A program made the translations under genes and the position numbers. A stretch of DNA of 32,000 nt from Candidatus Omnitrophota bacterium (lineage in GTDB: Bacteria; Omnitrophota; Gorgyraeia; Zapsychrales; JANLHA01), in NCBI GenBank assembly GCA_963662715.1, contig OY759724.1, positions 60,001 through 92,000 on the forward strand, read 5' to 3'. The notes under the pieces are model-generated. The model made no database searches and was not told the DNA's origin. It worked only from the letters and a program-made list of their open reading frames with translations. Below are positions 26,136 to 32,000 of this stretch, in pieces (position 1 is the stretch's first letter; each line of letters opens with the position of its first letter).

Positions 26136-27233
26136 TTACCTAATTTTTAATAATGCTAACGTGATTAAAGCCAGAATGATTCCAATGATCCAGAACCGGA
26201 TGATAATTTTAGATTCATTCCACCCTGATAATTGGAAATGATGGTGCAACGGGGCCATTTTGAAAATTCTTTTTTTCGTCAATTTAAATGACGCAACCTG
26301 AAAGATAACCGATAAAGCTTCAATGACAAAAATACCTCCTAATAAAATCAGCCACAACTCTTTTTTGATAAATACGGCAATAACCCCCAGACAGCCTCCC
26401 AAAGCCAAAGACCCCGTATCCCCCATAAATATGGTCGCGGGATGACAGTTAAACCAGAGAAATCCTAAGCTGGCACCGGCAATCGCAGAGCAAAAAACAG
26501 TCAACTCCCCGGAATTGGGGACATAAGGGACAAAAAGATATTGACTGAAATTAATGTTTCCCGTGATATAACTTAAAACAGCCAGCGTCCCGCTCACGAT
26601 AAGCACACAGCCGATGGCCAACCCGTCCAGGCCGTCGGTCAGGTTGACGGCATTGCTCGTTCCGATAACGACCAAAGCAATAAAAGGGACATAAAACCAT
26701 CCCAGGCTAATAACCAAATTCTTCAAAAACGGGAAATCCAAGCGGCTGGCAAAATGAGGAGACGTGTCCGGATTGTTAAAGACGTAAGACCCGATGAAGC
26801 ACCCCAAAAGAATCTGCCACAATAATTTTGTCCTGGCCCGGATGCCGTGCTGTCCGGGCCTCGTCAATTTGACATAATCATCGACAAAGCCCAAGATCGC
26901 CAGATACAGCCCGGTAAACAACGACAGTAATATATAACGATTCGTAATATCCGCCCACAGAAGGACAGAAATCACAATGCTTCCGATGATGAAAATCCCT
27001 CCCATCGTCGGGATACCCTCTTTTTGTTCATGGAAGGACGCTAACCCCGGGCAATCCTTCCGCCGGGCATGTTCTCTGATACGCCATTGATGAAAAAACC
27101 TTGTTAAAATGGGAGCAGCAATAATGCAGATAAAAAAAGATGTCACGGCGGCCATGGTTGCGCGGAACGTAATGTACTTAAAAATATTAAAAAAGAAAAA
27201 GACGTCTCTTAACTGGGTAAAATAATAAAACAT
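26136..27233 (-). CDS. mraY: phospho-N-acetylmuramoyl-pentapeptide transferase
   Basis: 365 aa, polytopic, with NAVNLTDGLDGLA and MGDTGSLALGG motifs. Confidence 0.95.
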   Translation of the reverse strand: MFYYFTQLRDVFFFFNIFKYITFRATMAAVTSFFICIIAAPILTRFFHQWRIREHARRKDCPGLASFHEQKEGIPTMGGIFIIGSIVISVLLWADITNRYILLSLFTGLYLAILGFVDDYVKLTRPGQHGIRARTKLLWQILLGCFIGSYVFNNPDTSPHFASRLDFPFLKNLVISLGWFYVPFIALVVIGTSNAVNLTDGLDGLAIGCVLIVSGTLAVLSYITGNINFSQYLFVPYVPNSGELTVFCSAIAGASLGFLWFNCHPATIFMGDTGSLALGGCLGVIAVFIKKELWLILLGGIFVIEALSVIFQVASFKLTKKRIFKMAPLHHHFQLSGWNESKIIIRFWIIGIILALITLALLKIR

Positions 27234-27265
27234 GTCTTTAGGTCCTTACATAAATGAGACCGTCC

Positions 27266-27291
27266 AAAACTCCCCGCAGCAAGCTACGGGG
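27266..27291 (-). terminator. intrinsic-terminator-like hairpin between murF and mraY (possible attenuator or processing site)
   Basis: The minus-strand RNA reads CCCCGUAG-CUUG-CUGCGGGG, an 8-bp stem including one G-U pair, with a tetraloop. It is followed by AGUUUUGG. The U-tract is only 4 nt, so at best this is a partial terminator. Confidence 0.35.
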
Positions 27292-27302
27292 TCTTGGCTC
27301 TC

Positions 27303-28694
27303 TCAGGAGGAATGATTCCGGACAAATTCAGCGGTAGACTCCAGATGCATTCCTCTTGAAGCTTTGATAAGCAGCACATCATCCTTTCTTATGCGGCGTA
27401 TCAATTGACGGTGAAGCGCAGACAGAGAAAGAAAATGCGCAATAAAGGTTGCTTTGTTCTTTTTCCTGATACGCTCGGCCAGATAGAAAGACATCGGGCC
27501 AAAAGCAAAAACAAAATCGATATCGTGCCGGGCAATGAAATCCCCCATCTTCTGATGAAGGGCTTTCGACTGTCCCCCTAATTCCAGCATGTCCCCGCAA
27601 ATAAGAATTTTTCTGCCGCCAGCCGGAAAATCATGCAAAGTCGTGACCGCACTCCGCATGGATACGGGATTGGCATTATAGGAATCATCAATCAGCCAAA
27701 GGCGGCCGATATGCTCTACACTCTGCCGTTGTTTAGTAAACCGGTAAGTGTTGAGCGCTTTCCGGATGTCTTTATAGGAAATCCCCCAAAGCCTGGCACA
27801 AGAAATGGCTCCCAAACAATTATAGACATTGGCTAAGACCGGGGTATGAAGAGACACCGCATTGCGCCGATTGACTTTAAAACGCACCCCCTGTCCTTTT
27901 TTAACCTTCTCGATAGCGTTTGCCCGGTAATCCGCGGGGCTCCTGATCGCGTAAGAGATAATTTTATCATTATTTGCCTGCTCATGTAATTTTTTTAGAT
28001 AATTATCATCATTATTAATAATAATCCGCCCTTTGGCAGGCAGCCCTTTAATGAGTTGACTCTTTTCCTTAAAGACCTGCCGCGGACTTTTTAATCTTTG
28101 CAAGTGGGATTCTCCGATATTGGTGTATAACGCGACATCCGGCTCACAAACCGCTGTAAGCCACCGGATATCTCCCGGCTGATTTGTTCCCAGTTCAAGC
28201 ACGGCGATCTGGTGAGCCGCTTTGAGTTTTAATAATGTCAACGGAACCCCGATATGATTATTAAAAGACCCCTGGTTGACCAACACTCTCTTGCGTGTCT
28301 TCAGGATGGCTGCGAGCAAATTCTTCGTCGTTGTTTTACCGGCAGAGCCCGTAATGGCAATCACGGGAATCCGGAATTTCCGCCGATAAAGACGGGCAAT
28401 CTGGCCCAAGGCCGTCACGGTATTGGGAACTTTGATAACAGTCGTTCCGGGAAAATCTTTTATTTTTATTGTTCTGGATACGATAACGGCCCTGGCCCCT
28501 TGTCGGACGGCACGGCGGATAAAATCATGCCCATCATAATTCTGTCCTTTAATCGCCAGGAACAACGCTCCTCTCCGGAGCGTTCGGCTGTCAATGGAAA
28601 TCCTGTTAACACGCAGAGTTTCCTCCCCGGCCAGCAGCTGCCCCTGAACCGCCTCTAAAATTTCCCTGATCGTCAATTTGTCTTTGGACGGCAT
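27303..28694 (-). CDS. murF: UDP-N-acetylmuramoyl-tripeptide--D-alanyl-D-alanine ligase
   Basis: 463 aa with the P-loop AITGSAGKTTTK. Mur ligase domain order and dcw position support the call. Confidence 0.93.
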   Translation of the reverse strand: MPSKDKLTIREILEAVQGQLLAGEETLRVNRISIDSRTLRRGALFLAIKGQNYDGHDFIRRAVRQGARAVIVSRTIKIKDFPGTTVIKVPNTVTALGQIARLYRRKFRIPVIAITGSAGKTTTKNLLAAILKTRKRVLVNQGSFNNHIGVPLTLLKLKAAHQIAVLELGTNQPGDIRWLTAVCEPDVALYTNIGESHLQRLKSPRQVFKEKSQLIKGLPAKGRIIINNDDNYLKKLHEQANNDKIISYAIRSPADYRANAIEKVKKGQGVRFKVNRRNAVSLHTPVLANVYNCLGAISCARLWGISYKDIRKALNTYRFTKQRQSVEHIGRLWLIDDSYNANPVSMRSAVTTLHDFPAGGRKILICGDMLELGGQSKALHQKMGDFIARHDIDFVFAFGPMSFYLAERIRKKNKATFIAHFLSLSALHRQLIRRIRKDDVLLIKASRGMHLESTAEFVRNHSS

Positions 28695-28728
28695 CTGCGC
28701 TTATCCTCTATCGTCCCAGGAAAAAAAT

Positions 28729-30198
28729 TCATAACTTTGAACATCCCCGCTTCTGCAAACAATGTCTAACGATACCAGCTTCATCAAAAGGAACGGTTTG
28801 GGTGCCAAAAATCTGATAGGTCTCATGACCTTTTCCTGCGATCAGAACAACATCCCCCTTGTGAGCCTGATGGATGGCGGCTTCAATAGCCGTGGTTCTG
28901 TCCATAATAACTTCGTATCGGTCATGAGAGAATCCGTTGACAATTTGAGCAACAATCTTCCCGGGATCTTCGGTCCGCGGATTATCATTTGTCACAATAA
29001 TTTTATCAGCCCAAAGAGAAGCGACCTGCCCCATTTTAGGACGCTTTCCCTGATCCCGGTCCCCCCCGCAGCCGAAAACCAGAATGATGTTTGAAGAAGC
29101 GACGGACCTAACAGACCGCAGAACATGACTCAGCGCGTCTTCTGTGTGCGCATAGTCGATAAAAACATAAAAATCCTGTCCACAACGGATTGATTCCATC
29201 CTCCCCGGAACAACCGGACATCCCTCAATGCCGGCCTGAATATCAGACACAGGGACCTTTTGTTCGAGACAGACACTGCAAGCCGCAAGAATATTATAAA
29301 CGTTGTGCTGGCCGATAAGAACCGAACGCAGCGCAAATGTCCCTTCCGGGCTTTGAACCGTACAGCGAATCCCTTCGAGAGTCAACGCTATGTCCCTGGC
29401 GTTCACATCTGCGGCATTCTTAAGGCCGTATGTCCTGCTGCGGCATTTGATCATGGATAAAAGCCTTTGACCATAAGAATCATCCCCATTAACAACGGCG
29501 CACTTTTCTGGGGATAACTGTACAAACAGTTTCGCCTTAGCCTGGAAATAGGTCTCCATATCCTTATGATAATCCAGATGGTCTTGGGTCACATTCGTCA
29601 AAACAGCATTGGAAAAATCAAGCATTTCGACTCTGCCCTGGTCTAATCCATGGGACGACACTTCCATGACACAAGCATCGGCGCCCTGTCGGGCGATATC
29701 CGACAAAAAATGAAAATTCTCCACGAGGCCTGGAGTGGTGTTTTTGGCCGGCCAGACCTTTTCTGCAAAACGGTAATTGATCGTTCCGACAACCCCGCAA
29801 CGTTTCCCCGCCTGTCTAAATACAGATTCCAGCAAAAAGGTTACGGTGGTCTTGCCGTTTGTTCCTGTCACCCCGATCATATTCAGGCGTTCAATATCCT
29901 TCCCGTAAAAACGCACCAACATTTTCTTTAAACAGGAAGAAAGATCGGCGACCTGAATCACAGGGACAGAACTTTCCGGAACCCCGTCCCCTGCCCCTGT
30001 CATGACAGCCCGGGCTCCTCTTTGAACGGCCTCAGCAATATATTGTTTTCCGTGTTTTTGCGTCCCGGGCAGGGCCACAAAAAGACTGCCGGGCCTGACT
30101 TGTCTTGAATCTGAATATATGTCCTGAACATCCACAGGGATCCCCTCTGGGATGGAATTTGCCTCGACAATATCTTTTATAAGATCTGAGAGCAGCAT
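28729..30198 (-). CDS. murE: UDP-N-acetylmuramoyl-L-alanyl-D-glutamate--2,6-diaminopimelate ligase
   Basis: 489 aa with the P-loop GVTGTNGKTT. The DNPR motif (VTNDNPRTEDP) is associated with meso-DAP-adding MurE. Confidence 0.95.
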   Translation of the reverse strand: MLLSDLIKDIVEANSIPEGIPVDVQDIYSDSRQVRPGSLFVALPGTQKHGKQYIAEAVQRGARAVMTGAGDGVPESSVPVIQVADLSSCLKKMLVRFYGKDIERLNMIGVTGTNGKTTVTFLLESVFRQAGKRCGVVGTINYRFAEKVWPAKNTTPGLVENFHFLSDIARQGADACVMEVSSHGLDQGRVEMLDFSNAVLTNVTQDHLDYHKDMETYFQAKAKLFVQLSPEKCAVVNGDDSYGQRLLSMIKCRSRTYGLKNAADVNARDIALTLEGIRCTVQSPEGTFALRSVLIGQHNVYNILAACSVCLEQKVPVSDIQAGIEGCPVVPGRMESIRCGQDFYVFIDYAHTEDALSHVLRSVRSVASSNIILVFGCGGDRDQGKRPKMGQVASLWADKIIVTNDNPRTEDPGKIVAQIVNGFSHDRYEVIMDRTTAIEAAIHQAHKGDVVLIAGKGHETYQIFGTQTVPFDEAGIVRHCLQKRGCSKL

Positions 30199-30205
30199 GA
30201 CTTTC

Positions 30206-31888
30206 TCAAGAAGGATTCAACGTCCTTAAATATTTTATCGTATCTATGATCATTTCCTTAAAAACAGGGGCGGCCACCGTCCCGCCGTAATGGTTCGGAT
30301 GCGGCTCATCAAAAACAACAACAGCGGCAACCCGGGGATCTTCCACCGGGCCAAAACCGATAAATGAGGCAAAAAATTTTGAATGAGAATATTGGCCGTT
30401 GATAACTTTCTGCGCCGTGCCTGTCTTTCCGGCGATTGTTATCCCGTCTATTTTAGCCCGCCGGCCGGTACCATTTTCAACAACTCCCGTCAGTATGGCT
30501 TTCATTCTTTCGGCTGTCTTAGAGGAAACAGCCCGGTCCATAATTTCCGGATAAAATTCCTGGATCAATTCATCCTTACTGTCTTTAATGTATTTTACCA
30601 CAAAGGGCTTCATCATGATCCCGCCATTCGCAATAGACGAGACAGCGCAAACAAGCTGTAAGGGGGTCACCAACACTTCATGGCCTATGGGAATCGCCCC
30701 GATAGAGGTTTTGGACCAACTGGCAGGGGGAGATAAAACACCCGCCACCTCTCCCCCCAGGTCTATTCCGGTCTTTTGACTAAAATGAAAAAAACGGGCG
30801 TATTTATAGACGCGTTCCGGGCCTAACTTCTGGGCAATTTTTGTTGTGCCAATATTACTGGACTGTTCTATCACCCCTTGGAATGTCAACGTCCCGTGAG
30901 GATGATGATCATGCAGGATATGATTTCCGACGCGATAAGCCCCGTTCTCACAAAAGATCTCATCATCTTCATCAAAAACATTCTCTTCCAAAGCCGCCGA
31001 AGCCGTCACAATCTTAAAGACTGAACCCGGTTCATAAACATAGGCTATGGCCCGGTTGGTCCGTTGTTCCGGGATGCTCTTGGTAAAATTCTCCAAATCA
31101 TAAGTCGGGCGGTTCGCTAAGGCCAGAATTTCCCCCGTACGAGGGTCCATAACAATAATTGTTGCCCCTTTAGCCTTGTTCTGCTGAAAGGCTTTCTCCA
31201 AAGCGCGCTCCGCGATATATTGAATAGTTTCGTCAATCGTAAGCACCAGATTAAATCCGTCCTGCGGAGGAGAATAAGCCTTTTCTATTAACAAATCCCG
31301 CTGTCTGGCGTCTCTTAAAATCTGTGCCCAGCCCTCTTTACCTTTCAGGACTTCGTCATATTTTAATTCCAGGCCGTCCAACCCGACATTATCCATACCG
31401 GCAAAACCGATAATGTGAGAAGCTAAATTGCGGTTAGGGTAATACCGCTTGCTTTCCCGCAGGAAATCCAACCCAGGGATATCCAGCGCCTTGATCTGCT
31501 CCACCACATCCGTAGGCATTTTCCGATAAAGCCAGACAAAATATTTATCCCGGTCAAGCCGTTGGCGGATAAAAGACTCCTCCAAATCCGTCAAACGCAC
31601 CAATTCCCTGACAGCCCTCTCTTTGTCTTTTTCCTTCATGCTCCGGGGATTGGCAAACAAGGAATAGGCGGCCATATTAACCGCCAAAGGCCTTAAACGC
31701 CTGTCAAAGATCGTCCCCCGGATGGGCTCCAATTTAATAAAGTGATTATGCTGCTTCGCAGCCAAATTCGCCAGATGCGTCGAGCGAAAGACCTGCATCA
31801 GGACCAAACGGAGGGAAAAATAAAGCAGACAGGCAATGAGGAATAAAAAGATAGCAATGAAACGTAAGATTCGTTTACGAATGTACAC
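30206..31888 (-). CDS. ftsI: class B penicillin-binding protein, division transpeptidase FtsI
   Basis: 560 aa with an N-terminal TM. Transpeptidase motifs SVFK (SxxK), SSN and KTGT are present. GTG start. It is the first dcw gene seen in the window. Confidence 0.92.
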   Translation of the reverse strand: MYIRKRILRFIAIFLFLIACLLYFSLRLVLMQVFRSTHLANLAAKQHNHFIKLEPIRGTIFDRRLRPLAVNMAAYSLFANPRSMKEKDKERAVRELVRLTDLEESFIRQRLDRDKYFVWLYRKMPTDVVEQIKALDIPGLDFLRESKRYYPNRNLASHIIGFAGMDNVGLDGLELKYDEVLKGKEGWAQILRDARQRDLLIEKAYSPPQDGFNLVLTIDETIQYIAERALEKAFQQNKAKGATIIVMDPRTGEILALANRPTYDLENFTKSIPEQRTNRAIAYVYEPGSVFKIVTASAALEENVFDEDDEIFCENGAYRVGNHILHDHHPHGTLTFQGVIEQSSNIGTTKIAQKLGPERVYKYARFFHFSQKTGIDLGGEVAGVLSPPASWSKTSIGAIPIGHEVLVTPLQLVCAVSSIANGGIMMKPFVVKYIKDSKDELIQEFYPEIMDRAVSSKTAERMKAILTGVVENGTGRRAKIDGITIAGKTGTAQKVINGQYSHSKFFASFIGFGPVEDPRVAAVVVFDEPHPNHYGGTVAAPVFKEMIIDTIKYLRTLNPS

Positions 31889-32000
31889 CGTTTGATCCCG
31901 GACACAAATTCTGAAAATAGTTTGTTGTCGTTCTCGGCCTTAAATCAGTTGCAATATTAGAGTCCATATTGGAAACCGGCCGTCCGCAAGCATCTTCTCC

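Noticed and set aside
464-30779. Numerous 60-230-aa antisense or out-of-frame ORFs inside gcv, xse, mur and fts genes (for example 464..1162 +, 11306..11677 +, 20800..21165 +, 28254..28658 +)
   Set aside because: All lie within well-supported conserved genes. Their translations are low-complexity or Arg/Ser/Pro-rich, and none has a convincing SD. They are treated as shadow ORFs.
31875-32000. Possible 3' end of an ftsL-like gene overlapping the ftsI start
   Set aside because: One minus frame is open from the window edge to a TAA at 31877-31875. Only about 41 codons are visible (GEDACGRPVSNMDSNIATDLRPRTTTNYFQNLCPGSNGVHS) and they show no recognisable FtsL feature. It cannot be supported from this window.
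1-32000. CRISPR arrays, IS elements, long direct or inverted repeats, rRNA
   Set aside because: Reading the window I saw no regularly spaced repeats, no transposase or integrase-like ORFs, and no rRNA-like segments. Only the protein-level MORN repeats and short palindromes were seen. A computational self-alignment would be needed to exclude diverged repeats.

Overview
This is a 32-kb bacterial chromosomal window in which every confident gene except one small ORF lies on the minus strand. Left end: glycine-cleavage operon gcvT-gcvH-gcvPA-gcvPB, followed by the first 78 codons of a lipoate-protein ligase family gene that runs off the window (not in the ORF track; found by translating the edge frame). 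Middle: a 702-aa polytopic membrane protein (GT-C-like), tRNA-Arg(UCG), and an accessory-looking block. In that block two paralogous stand-alone receiver domains, one lacking the phospho-acceptor Asp, bracket a lipoprotein SGNH hydrolase and a lipoprotein SNase-type nuclease. Next come xseB/xseA, sixA, two unknown proteins, a macro-domain protein, a zinc-ribbon membrane protein with a pseudopilin-like C-terminus, a U32 peptidase, pcm and a MORN-variant repeat protein. Right half: dcw cluster ftsI-murE-murF-mraY-murD-ftsW-murG-murC-ddl-ftsQ-ftsA. It ends at ftsA with no ftsZ and abuts an AT-rich patch carrying the only plus-strand ORF. I saw no CRISPR array, transposase, integrase, rRNA or phage genes. 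I cannot defend any clearly novel multi-gene system here. The best candidates for follow-up are the receiver/pseudo-receiver plus secreted hydrolase block (7.3-10.1 kb), the ftsZ-less end of the dcw cluster (17.6-18.1 kb), and the macro / unknown / membrane / SixA string with the chimeric zinc-ribbon protein (12.0-14.7 kb). Several ORF-track starts are alternative codons of the longest ORF. Where an SD-supported internal start was visible I used it and say so.
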